Shown one piece after another: positions 1 through 9,054 of a DNA stretch of 64,000 nt. Position 1 is the first letter of the stretch; each line of letters begins with the position of its first letter. The position numbers and the translations under genes were made by a program. The notes beneath the pieces are model-generated. The model was not told the origin of the DNA and ran no database searches. It saw nothing but the letters and a program-made list of their open reading frames with translations. The stretch is from Gammaproteobacteria bacterium (lineage in GTDB: Bacteria > Pseudomonadota > Gammaproteobacteria > GCA-002705445 > GCA-002716945). The stretch covers positions 1 through 64,000 of the forward strand of contig JBJKYD010000010.1 in NCBI GenBank assembly GCA_045561295.1, written 5' to 3'.

Positions 1-10
1 CCCTTTAATG

Positions 11-42
11 AAAGGCCGAATCTACCCCCTCGGCCTTTTTTT
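11..42. terminator. Intrinsic terminator-like hairpin, possibly bidirectional, just downstream of dinB
   Basis: AAAGGCCGA (11-19) pairs with TCGGCCTTT (30-38) around a 10-nt loop; T-run 36-42 on +, TTT after the stem on -. Confidence 0.75.
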
Positions 43-1259
43 ATACCGATTTTCGGTGTCCACTAGGTCTCCATGCCGGAGCTATAACATCTGGGCTGTC
101 TGTATGATCACTAATCAGGCGAGCGGGCTTGACAGTATCGGGGCCAAACTTATCATATATATTTTCTAATACTTGATCTAAAACTTCACTCTTATCATTA
201 TCCTCACTGAAAATATCCATTTGTGCATTCTTCTTTAAGGGGTTCAAAGCTGTAACCTGAACTTGATAAATGCCAGTATTTTTGTCAAATAAATTCAGAT
301 AAGATAAGCAAATATTAAATATATCACTTCGATTACACGTAGCTTTCTCTATTTTGACCTTTTTCTGTATCCATCCTGCTTTTATTTTTATGCCTATTAA
401 GAAAATATTTGATTCATAATTAGACTTACGTAACCGTAATGCTAATTTATTCGACATTCTTAAGAATACTTTTTTTATTAAATAGCTACTTTTTTGTATT
501 GGGTTTTAATACTTTTCCATGTCCAAGGCTTTTTGGATGATTTAAGTCTGAAATGAGTCCTTCAAAATCATTTCCATTTGCCATTAGCCATATCTTTTTG
601 CCGATATTACCAAACCTATTAGAAAGTATACTTATAGGTAATTTTTTCATGTCAGAACATTTATAAACACCATGATAGTTTAAGAAACTTTTAACTCCTG
701 TTGATACCCCACACAAAGTATCTACTGGTGAATTATCTAGATATTCATGATAATTATTTCTATTAATATAAGTTATTCCATCTGGCTTATTAACTTTTGA
801 AGCATATTTTGCTAGCGACTTACTAAATGATATACCAATTGAACATTTAAGGTTTTCTGATTTATAAATAAGATCTTTAATCTTATATACGGCATAATTA
901 ATTTTTTTATAAATTTTCATACAATTTGTTAATTCTAAAAAAGCTTCATCAACTGAGTATATTTGAATATCAGGAGTTATACTGTGTAGTATATTCATTA
1001 TCCTTGCTGATGTTGCTGCATACACTTTTGGCCTTGACGGTCTTTGAACCAAGTAAGGGCAAATTTTTCTTCCTTCAGAAATTCTCATGCCTGTCTTTAT
1101 ACCAAATGCTCTAGCTTCATATGAAGAAGTAATAATGCATGAACCATGCTTTCCGTTAGTTACAGCTATTGGTTTTCCTAAAAGTTTTGGATAATCTCTT
1201 TGTTCTATTGAAGCAAAAAATGCGTTCATGTCTACATGAATAAAAACTTTTTTACTCAT
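41..1259 (-). CDS. dinB: Y-family DNA polymerase (DinB/Pol IV-like), split by one extra base in the T6 run at 490-495
   Basis: HVDMNAFFASIEQ, SYEAR and SVDE motifs in ORF 486..1259; removing one A gives NTKSSYLIKKVFLRMSNKLA, joining the little-finger domain in ORF 41..457. Confidence 0.88.
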
Positions 1260-1861
1260 TAGTATATTCTTACTTGCCCAACTACATATCCTTGAATAGA
1301 AATTCTTTCAATAGGATAAATTTTTTCTTTATATGTTTTATTTGCAGGAATTAATTTTATCTCTTCTGAGCTCACCTTTTCTATATACTTCAAAGTTACA
1401 TCTTGATTATCAATTAAAATTACATGAACTTTTGATTTATAGAATCTTTTGCTTTCTTCAATAATCACCCAGTCTCCATCATTTATACCTGCGTCTATCA
1501 TTGATTCTCCTTTCACCTTAAGTGCATATGATTTTTTATTGGTGAATAAGTATTCAAGTTCAATTCTTTGCTGATCAGTTATTGCTTCAATAGCTCCCCC
1601 AGCTGCAATTTTACCTAGAGATTTTAAAAAAAGAGGTTCTTTATCTACTGTAGAAATACCACGGTGTTTGTTTGAAAACTTTAAGATTTTACCTGCTTTT
1701 TCCAAAGATTTTACATACCGGTGCGCTACACCTTTTGATGTAATTCCTATGCCCTTTGCGATTTCAATTAATAAAGGATATTTTCCATACTTTTTTGAAT
1801 ACCTAATGATGAAGTCATATGTCTTTTGTTCCTTAGCAGTTAAAATAGAATATTCTTTCAT
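1259..1861 (-). CDS. lexA: LexA repressor
   Basis: N-terminal winged HTH, GKIAAG cleavage site, VKGESM catalytic Ser and VTLK catalytic Lys; 200 aa. Confidence 0.93.
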   Translation of the reverse strand: MKEYSILTAKEQKTYDFIIRYSKKYGKYPLLIEIAKGIGITSKGVAHRYVKSLEKAGKILKFSNKHRGISTVDKEPLFLKSLGKIAAGGAIEAITDQQRIELEYLFTNKKSYALKVKGESMIDAGINDGDWVIIEESKRFYKSKVHVILIDNQDVTLKYIEKVSSEEIKLIPANKTYKEKIYPIERISIQGYVVGQVRIY

Positions 1862-1882
1862 AAGTTCTCATTAAGTTCTCAT
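1861..1882 (-). promoter_or_regulatory. Putative LexA operator: tandem 11-mer containing GAAC-N7-GAAC (GTTC-N7-GTTC on +, 1864-1878)
   Basis: TAAGTTCTCAT twice in tandem (1861-1871, 1872-1882), between the -10 box and the lexA ATG. Confidence 0.8.
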
Positions 1883-1911
1883 ATAATATATGAAATACTG
1901 AGTTGATACAA
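1883..1911 (-). promoter_or_regulatory. Sigma70-type promoter of lexA-dinB
   Basis: TTGTAT (1911-1906), 17-nt spacer, TATTAT (1888-1883) on the minus strand. Confidence 0.65.
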
Positions 1912-1929
1912 CTAATTATCAATATGAAA

Positions 1930-2287
1930 TTATCTTTGAAAAATATATTTCCTAACAAATGAGCCGGATATTATTCCGATTGAAATACCTAAGGTATTAA
2001 ATAAAAAATCAGTGAATTCAGAATCTCTATTGAAATAAGGTTGTATTAGTTCGATCAGACCTCCAAGAAAGATAAAGGACACACATATAGAAATGAAGAA
2101 AGGGGGGCTTGCGTATAGAGACTGGAAAGCTTAATAGAGAAAATATAATTAAGTGATAAAGCTTGTCATAGTCTGGGATTTTTGTTGACGAATCAAGTGA
2201 ACACAAGGTTAAAGCCAAAGTAAGTGACAATAAAACTGCTGTAATAGTAGAAAATTTATTATAAATAATATGAAAGACTTTTCTCAT
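1930..2287 (-). CDS. VanZ-like membrane protein (about 118 aa), frameshifted by one extra base in the G6 run at 2102-2107
   Basis: DKLYHLIIF motif; removing one C continues as FFISICVSFIFLGGLIELIQPYFNRDSEFTDFLFNTLG to TAA at 1932-1930, a typical VanZ C-terminus missed by the ORF track. Confidence 0.8.
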
Positions 2288-2349
2288 GAATAATATTTTA
2301 TAAAGTAAATAGAGTTTATTTTATAAAGCTTTTTCTATAAGATTTCACA

Positions 2350-3240
2350 TCAGAGCTTCATTGATGGCTCATTAGCATTACTGAGCTGAGCTAAGGTGTA
2401 TTCAGGTTTGATTGACCAGTTAATATTATCAACTGCAGTTCTTACATCTATAAAATCAAAATCTTTCAGCAATTTTTCTAATTTATCTTGGGCTGAGCTA
2501 AGGCCATAATAAGATTTAAATTTTCTAACTAATCCTAGATCTTTAATTACAGGTTGTTCGGCATCAAAGTCCCTTGGATGAAAGTAAGTCATGACATAAT
2601 TGGATCTTTTAAATAAGTTTTTAAGCACGACATAGGGAATTAGTCTAAAATAACCTCCTCCAGAGAAAACCATTTTTTTTCCTAAAATATTTTTGGTATT
2701 AAGTGGTAATTCTTTTATTGTTTTGCCATTTCCTAATTTGATAACTGTTGGACCATTGTTCTTAAAATTAGGTAACCCTCCATGACTTCTACTAGCAGGA
2801 AAAATAGAACAATCAATATTGAATCCATTTTCTGCAAGTATATCAAGTGCCCATAAATTATCTTCAATCAGAGAAAATCCAGGAATTCTGTAAGTATCAA
2901 CTTTTTTACCAATTATATTTTCAATAGTTGCTTTAGCATTTAACAAATCTTCTGTAAATTCTTTTCTCGTCTGGTGGTAAGCTAATTGATGAGTATGAGA
3001 ATGACATGCTATATGAAAACCTTTATTAGATATGTTTTTTATAAGATAAGGATATTTTTCTGCTAACCAACCTAAGCAAAAAAAAGTTGCACTAGTATTA
3101 GTCATCTCTAACATGTCTAGAATTCTTTCAACGTTTATATCAATTCGTGACTCAAATTTAGACCAATTTTTAGGTGACTTAGTAGTTGGATGATCAAGTA
3201 AATGAAACCATTCTTCTAGATCAAAAGTAAGAATATTCAT
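2350..3240 (-). CDS. Polysaccharide deacetylase (CE4, DUF3473-type)
   Basis: TFDLEEWFH, ATFFCLGW, HSHTH metal motif, YRIPGFS, GGGYFR, YFHPRDFD. Confidence 0.88.
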   Translation of the reverse strand: MNILTFDLEEWFHLLDHPTTKSPKNWSKFESRIDINVERILDMLEMTNTSATFFCLGWLAEKYPYLIKNISNKGFHIACHSHTHQLAYHQTRKEFTEDLLNAKATIENIIGKKVDTYRIPGFSLIEDNLWALDILAENGFNIDCSIFPASRSHGGLPNFKNNGPTVIKLGNGKTIKELPLNTKNILGKKMVFSGGGYFRLIPYVVLKNLFKRSNYVMTYFHPRDFDAEQPVIKDLGLVRKFKSYYGLSSAQDKLEKLLKDFDFIDVRTAVDNINWSIKPEYTLAQLSNANEPSMKL

Positions 3241-4001
3241 TAGAAAAATTTGCCACCTTTCATTTTGAAATCCAAAACATCCTTTCTGGACGGAAAAGAG
3301 AAATATGATGATAACTTATTATTATTTTCAATAGTCTTAATATTACTGGATTTAATTATATTGATTCCCTCGATAATTGCTTCAATACCTAGAAATTTAG
3401 TCAATTTAATTAAATTCCATTGGGTAATGTTACCTAGTCTAATTTTTTTTTGCACAAGGATAGGGCCGCTATCTATTCCTTCATCTACAAAGAAAACAGA
3501 AACTCCTGTCTCTTTTTCTTTATTTTTTAACACCCAGAACGTAGGCATTAACCCTCTATACTTAGGCAGAAGTGAAGTATGAAGATTCAAAATACCATTT
3601 TGTGGTATATTTAGAAGTGGTTTTTTGAAGATCTGATTACCTGTTATAGAAATTATAAGATCAGGCTGTAATTCTGAAATCTTTTTTAAAGATTCTTGTG
3701 AATTGATAGAATTATTAACTTTAATTATTGGAATATTAAATTTTTTCATTATAGAAAAAACATCTAATTTAAATATTTTTTTGTAAAGGTAATTTATTCC
3801 ATATATGAGTGTGAATTTAAAACCAAATATATTAATAGTATTAATAAATTTTCCTATAAAGCTTTTTGCCTCTCCAAACGGTGATGGGCTAAGTATTAAT
3901 GATCCAACGATAGTGACATATTCTGGTTTTCGTCGAATAAAATATTCAATAGCAGATGGTAAAAACATTGTTTCATTTTGAGTAAGTAAAATTATTCTCA
4001 T
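3240..4001 (-). CDS. Formyltransferase-family protein, probably acting on a sugar or glycan
   Basis: NLHTSLLPKYRG and DEGIDSGPI motifs; no Fmt C-terminal domain; coupled to the deacetylase. Confidence 0.82.
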   Translation of the reverse strand: MRIILLTQNETMFLPSAIEYFIRRKPEYVTIVGSLILSPSPFGEAKSFIGKFINTINIFGFKFTLIYGINYLYKKIFKLDVFSIMKKFNIPIIKVNNSINSQESLKKISELQPDLIISITGNQIFKKPLLNIPQNGILNLHTSLLPKYRGLMPTFWVLKNKEKETGVSVFFVDEGIDSGPILVQKKIRLGNITQWNLIKLTKFLGIEAIIEGINIIKSSNIKTIENNNKLSSYFSFPSRKDVLDFKMKGGKFF

Positions 4002-4168
4002 TTTTTTTTTGTTTTTTCTAATAAAGTTTCAATATTAATGTACATTACATTAGTTTGCTTATTTTTTGATGTTTCCATATACACTACAGAAAGATTCAAT
4101 TAAATCAACAATATTATATGAGTTTATATGCAGAAAAGATTTACAGTAAGTATGATTGTTTCCAGACT

Positions 4169-5713
4169 CTACTCCCACTCTATTGTACCAGGAGGTTTTG
4201 ATGTAATATCATAAACTACTCTTGCTACACCATTAACCTCATTAATTATTCTTGTTGAAATATTATTTAAAGATTGATGGCTTATGTTAGAAGCTGTTGC
4301 AGTCATAAAATCTGTAGTATTAACCGCTCTTAGTGCGACAATATATCCATACTGTCTCTTATCTCCCATAACACCTACTGATTTTGAAGGTATTAACACT
4401 GCTAGAGCTTGGTCTATTTTATTGTATAATTTTTTATTTCTTAGTTCATCAATAAAAATATGATCAACTTCTTGAAGAATTTTTATTTTCTCATGATTTA
4501 TTTCTCCAAGAATTCGTACTGCTAAACCTGGACCAGGAAAAGGGTGTCTGTTTATTAAAACCTTAGGTATACCTAATTCAAGACCTACCTTTCTTACTTC
4601 ATCTTTGAATAAATCTCTTATAGGTTCAACAAGTTTTAGTTTCATTTTTTTTGGTAGACCACCAACATTATGATGCGATTTAATAATATCTGATTTTGAG
4701 TTTTTTGATGATGATTCAATTACATCAGGATAAATGGTTCCTTGTCCAAGAAATTTTACATTTTTAATTTTTTTTGCTTCATAATCGAAAACATCTATAA
4801 AACATTTTCCAATAATCTTTCTCTTTTTCTCAGGGTCCTTAACGCCACGAAGAGCAAGTAGGAATTTTCTAGATGCATCAATAATTTTCAAATTTATTTT
4901 TAATGACGATGTAATTTTTTTTACTTCTATAGATTCATTTTTTCTTAATAATCCAGTATCAATGAAAATACATGTAAGTTGCTTACCAATAGCTCGATTT
5001 AATATGGCTGCTACTACAGATGAATCAACGCCTCCAGATAGTGCTAGAATGACCTTATCATCTCCAATATCTGACCTTATTTTATAAATCATCTCTTTAC
5101 TAATTTTGTTTGCTGTCCAAGATTTCTTACACTTACAAATTTTGATAAAATTTTTAAGTATTGTTTTTCCAATAGATGTGTGAGTCACTTCAGGATGAAA
5201 TTGAATTCCAAAAATATTTTCATCTTCATTCTCGAATGCAGCTATTTTAGAATTTGTACTTTCTCCTATTTTATTAAAGTTTGAAGGTAAATCTATTACT
5301 TTGTCTGAATGACTCATCCAGACTTTATGTTCTATATTATTTTTTATGTTACAAAATAGTTTAGATTTTTTCCTAATTGTAAACTTTGAATCTCCAAATT
5401 CTTTTTTATTAGACTCAGCAACTTTTCCCCCGAATTCTTTAGAAAGTAATTGCATTCCATAACATATGCCTAGTATAGGTACATCCAAGAGGAATATATT
5501 TTTACTTGGTTTAAGTGTTCTCTTGAAGTTTACAGAATTTGGTCCTCCACTTAGGATTATTCCTTTTGGCTTTAAGTTCTTAATTTGTTTGATATCAGTA
5601 TCATATGATTTCACAAGGCTATAAATTCCTTGTTCACGTATTCGTCTCGCAATTAGCTGTGTGTATTGTGAACCAAAATCTAGGATTAAAATTAAATCTC
5701 TTTCAGATATCAT
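4169..5713 (-). CDS. guaA: GMP synthase (glutamine-hydrolysing)
   Basis: LDFGSQY, GICYGMQ, QFHPEV, SGGVDS, C-terminal KPPGTIEWE. Confidence 0.98.
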   Translation of the reverse strand: MISERDLILILDFGSQYTQLIARRIREQGIYSLVKSYDTDIKQIKNLKPKGIILSGGPNSVNFKRTLKPSKNIFLLDVPILGICYGMQLLSKEFGGKVAESNKKEFGDSKFTIRKKSKLFCNIKNNIEHKVWMSHSDKVIDLPSNFNKIGESTNSKIAAFENEDENIFGIQFHPEVTHTSIGKTILKNFIKICKCKKSWTANKISKEMIYKIRSDIGDDKVILALSGGVDSSVVAAILNRAIGKQLTCIFIDTGLLRKNESIEVKKITSSLKINLKIIDASRKFLLALRGVKDPEKKRKIIGKCFIDVFDYEAKKIKNVKFLGQGTIYPDVIESSSKNSKSDIIKSHHNVGGLPKKMKLKLVEPIRDLFKDEVRKVGLELGIPKVLINRHPFPGPGLAVRILGEINHEKIKILQEVDHIFIDELRNKKLYNKIDQALAVLIPSKSVGVMGDKRQYGYIVALRAVNTTDFMTATASNISHQSLNNISTRIINEVNGVARVVYDITSKPPGTIEWE

Positions 5714-7203
5714 TATTTAGGTTGATAATTGGGGGGCTCTTTAACAATTGCTACATCATGGGTGTGACTCTCTATTCTTGAAGAATTAGATATTTTTATA
5801 AAATTAGTTTTTGTTTTCATTAATTTTATGTTTTTACAGCCTAAATATCCCATGCTTGATCGCAGACCACCTGTTAGTTGATGGAGTATTGTTTTCATGG
5901 TTCCTTTATATGGAACTCTGCCTTCTATACCTTCTGGTATAAGTTTTTTACTCTCACTGTGATGATCTTGAAAATATCTATCTTTAGAACCACTTTGCAT
6001 AGCTCCAATTGATCCCATCCCACGATAGGATTTATATGTTCTTCCCTCAAACATCTCAACTTCGCCTGGTGATTCATCCGTACCAGCAAGAAGGCCTCCT
6101 AACATAACGGAATCTGCACCAGCAGCTATTGCTTTTGCGATATCACCAGAATATCGTATTCCCCCATCTGCTATTAATGGTACTTTATGTTTATGCGCTA
6201 TTTTAGAACAATGGTAGATTGCTGAAAGTTGCGGCACGCCAACTCCAGCTACTATTCTCGTGGTACAGATGGAGCCAGGACCTATTCCTACTTTTATTGC
6301 ATCTGCACCATTCTTAATTAAGAGCTCAGCAGCATCGGCAGTTGCAATATTTCCAACTATAACTTGTTGAGCAGGATGTTTCTTTTTAATATATTTTAAA
6401 GTATCAATAACAGATTTAGAATGTCCATGTGCAGTATCAATAGTAATTACATCAACATTTTCTTCAACTAGAGCATCAATTCTTTCGAGGGATTCTTTGC
6501 TTGTACTAACAGCTGCACCAACTAACAAACTACCATTTAAGTCTTTTGATGCATTAGGGTATGTAGATGATTTTTGTATATCTTTAAAAGTTATCATTCC
6601 TTTTAATTGATATTTTTTATTAACAATTAATACCTTTTCAATTCTATTTTTTCTCAATAAATCTATAACTTTCTTTTTAGTATAATTTTCCGACACGGTA
6701 ATTAACCTGTCTTTAGGAGTCATTACAGATGACACTTTAGTATCCGAATTTTCTACAAATCTGAGGTCCCTATTGGTGACAATACCAATCAGATTTTTAT
6801 TATCCACTATTGGCACGCCTGATATGCCAAATTGCTCTGTAATTTTATTAATCTCAGAAACTGTTGAATTCGCATTGGCTGTAATAGGATTATTTATGAC
6901 GCCACTTTCGTACTTTTTTACAAATCTTACTTGTTTGGCTTGTTCATCTATGGATAAATTTTTATGAATAATTCCTATCCCTCCCTCACTCGCAAGTGTG
7001 ATAGCCATTTTTGATTCTGTAACTGTATCCATCGCAGCTGATACTATAGGTGTTTTTAATTCTATAGATTTAGTCAAAAAAGATGATAAATTTACATTTA
7101 CAGGTAAGATATCAGAGTAAGAAGGTACAAGTAAGACATCATCAAATGCTAGAGCTTCTTCAGAAAATACTTTAGTCCGTGATTGATGTGTTGTGCCTAC
7201 CAT
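5713..7203 (-). CDS. guaB: IMP dehydrogenase with CBS domains
   Basis: [33 protein letters not shown]. Confidence 0.98.
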   Translation of the reverse strand: MVGTTHQSRTKVFSEEALAFDDVLLVPSYSDILPVNVNLSSFLTKSIELKTPIVSAAMDTVTESKMAITLASEGGIGIIHKNLSIDEQAKQVRFVKKYESGVINNPITANANSTVSEINKITEQFGISGVPIVDNKNLIGIVTNRDLRFVENSDTKVSSVMTPKDRLITVSENYTKKKVIDLLRKNRIEKVLIVNKKYQLKGMITFKDIQKSSTYPNASKDLNGSLLVGAAVSTSKESLERIDALVEENVDVITIDTAHGHSKSVIDTLKYIKKKHPAQQVIVGNIATADAAELLIKNGADAIKVGIGPGSICTTRIVAGVGVPQLSAIYHCSKIAHKHKVPLIADGGIRYSGDIAKAIAAGADSVMLGGLLAGTDESPGEVEMFEGRTYKSYRGMGSIGAMQSGSKDRYFQDHHSESKKLIPEGIEGRVPYKGTMKTILHQLTGGLRSSMGYLGCKNIKLMKTKTNFIKISNSSRIESHTHDVAIVKEPPNYQPK

Positions 7204-7245
7204 TCTATATTATACATAGAATATCTATTTACGAAAAGTTAAAAA

Positions 7246-8568
7246 ATGAAAATATATAGTGTTTCTGAACTTAATACTGAAGCTAGGGAAGCAATGTTAC
7301 TTGCTTTTCAATATCCTATTACGGTTAAAGGTGAGATATCGGATTATAGATCCTCAAGGGGTCATCAATATTTCAAATTAAGAGATAACAAGTCAAGTAG
7401 TACAGTTAGCTGTGTCATGTGGAAAAATTCTTTAAATACTCTTGATATATCTGAGTATCTGCACAAGGAAGTAATAGTCTCAGCAAAAGTAGATTTTTAT
7501 GCTGGTTTTGGGCAATTTCAACTCAATATAATTGAATTATCAGAGTTTGGTGATGGGTTTATAAAAAAAGAAATTGAAAAACTCAAAAAGAAACTATCTG
7601 ATGAGGGCATCTTTGATAATAAGAAAGATTTACCTAGATATCCAGGTGCAATAGGAATATTAACAGCACAAGATAGTCATGCATTAAAAGATGTCTGTTC
7701 TAAACTAAAAGAAAAATTTCCTTTATCAAAGATTTATATATATCCATCCATAGTTCAAGGTGAACTAGCACCTAATAATTTAGTTAAACAACTCAAAAGA
7801 ATAAATAAAGACGCTATCGTAGATGTTGTTTTAATCGTACGAGGTGGGGGCTCACTTCAAGACTTAATGGCATTTAATGATGAAAATTTAGTAAGAGAAA
7901 TATCTGCTTCATCAATACCTACGATTACTGGGATTGGACATAAGCCAGATATAACTCTTGCAGATTACGCATCAGACTCTGCACAAGAAACTCCTACAGC
8001 TGCAGCTATCAAATCAGTTCCGGATTTCCAGACTCTCAAACAAGACATACATTATATTGAGATCGCACTTGGGAAAGTATGTAGTAATTTAATTGCTTCA
8101 TTACAAAATAAACTAAAAGGTTTTTTAATTATTATTAAGATAAGTAGACCAATTAAGGTTATTAGTAATATTTCAAAAGAATTTATTCAAAAGAGAAAAT
8201 TATTAAATAAAGCTATAGATAATAAAATTAAAATAAATAATAAGTCTTTACAAAATTATAAAGATAGACAGATAAGGTTAAGATACGAGATATCATTGAA
8301 AATTGATAATTATAGTATTGATATGATGAAAGTATATAAAGATATAAAAAATACTTTAAATTCAAATATTGTTACACAGAAAGAAATTCTTAATCTTAAG
8401 ATTCAACAAGTAAAACAAATTAATCCTAATTTATTATTAAAAAAAGGTTATGCCATTGTAAGAGACAAAAATAATAAAATCGTGAAAAGTATTAATGATA
8501 TTACACTTCAATGCGAGCTTGAAATACAAGTATATGACGGTTTAATAAAAGTTAAAAGAAAAGAGTAA
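7246..8568 (+). CDS. xseA: Exodeoxyribonuclease VII large subunit
   Basis: OB-fold (GEIS, GHQYFKL), RGGGS, TGIGH, TPTAAA, LKKGYAIV; divergent from guaB as usual. Confidence 0.95.
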   Translation: MKIYSVSELNTEAREAMLLAFQYPITVKGEISDYRSSRGHQYFKLRDNKSSSTVSCVMWKNSLNTLDISEYLHKEVIVSAKVDFYAGFGQFQLNIIELSEFGDGFIKKEIEKLKKKLSDEGIFDNKKDLPRYPGAIGILTAQDSHALKDVCSKLKEKFPLSKIYIYPSIVQGELAPNNLVKQLKRINKDAIVDVVLIVRGGGSLQDLMAFNDENLVREISASSIPTITGIGHKPDITLADYASDSAQETPTAAAIKSVPDFQTLKQDIHYIEIALGKVCSNLIASLQNKLKGFLIIIKISRPIKVISNISKEFIQKRKLLNKAIDNKIKINNKSLQNYKDRQIRLRYEISLKIDNYSIDMMKVYKDIKNTLNSNIVTQKEILNLKIQQVKQINPNLLLKKGYAIVRDKNNKIVKSINDITLQCELEIQVYDGLIKVKRKE

Positions 8569-8615
8569 AAAAGACTTGCTATGATGTCAAACAAATAGCA
8601 AAATAATCTATCGAT

Positions 8616-9047
8616 ATGGCTATATCCAATTTAGAGAAATATCTTAACTTCAAACCGTATAAACCTAAAAAAGGCGAAGACTATATGTCTTCAGAACAGG
8701 TTAATCACTTTAAAAACATTCTTTACTCATGGAAAAAATTACTAATGTCAGAAGCTGAAAAAACAATGGATCATATGAAACAAGACTCCTCTAAATTGTC
8801 AGATCCGAATGATGCTGCAACACAAGAGGAAGAATTTAGATTAGAATTAAGAACACGTGATAGAGAAAGAAAGTTAATATCAAAAATTGATCAAGCGCTT
8901 AATCGCATAGATGATGGGTCTTATGGTTACTGCGAGGATACAGGCGAACCAATAGGAATAAAAAGATTAGAAGCAAGGCCAATAGCTACTCTTTCAATCG
9001 AAGCGCAAGAAAGGCATGAGAAGTTAGAAAAAACTCAGATTGACTAG
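8616..9047 (+). CDS. dksA: RNA polymerase-binding factor DksA, one-Cys (Zn-free) type
   Basis: DPNDAA tip motif, LRTRDRERKL, YGYCEDTGEPIGIKRLEARP. Confidence 0.95.
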   Translation: MAISNLEKYLNFKPYKPKKGEDYMSSEQVNHFKNILYSWKKLLMSEAEKTMDHMKQDSSKLSDPNDAATQEEEFRLELRTRDRERKLISKIDQALNRIDDGSYGYCEDTGEPIGIKRLEARPIATLSIEAQERHEKLEKTQID

Positions 9048-9054
9048 TTAGAGA

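Noticed and set aside
486-497. A-AAA-AAG slippery heptamer before the premature dinB stop, suggesting programmed -1 frameshifting
   Set aside because: The downstream domain needs a +1 shift; the -1 frame stops within a few codons (GTA GCT ATT TAA)
4067-4165. Near-direct repeat (TGGAAACA-TCA) downstream of guaA as an att scar
   Set aside because: Only about 11 imperfect bases, no integrase, and it does not duplicate the guaA 3' end
8576-8601. TTGCTAT-N12-ATAGCAA inverted repeat upstream of dksA
   Set aside because: Short AT-rich arms that overlap a plausible -35/-10; I cannot assign it as operator or terminator
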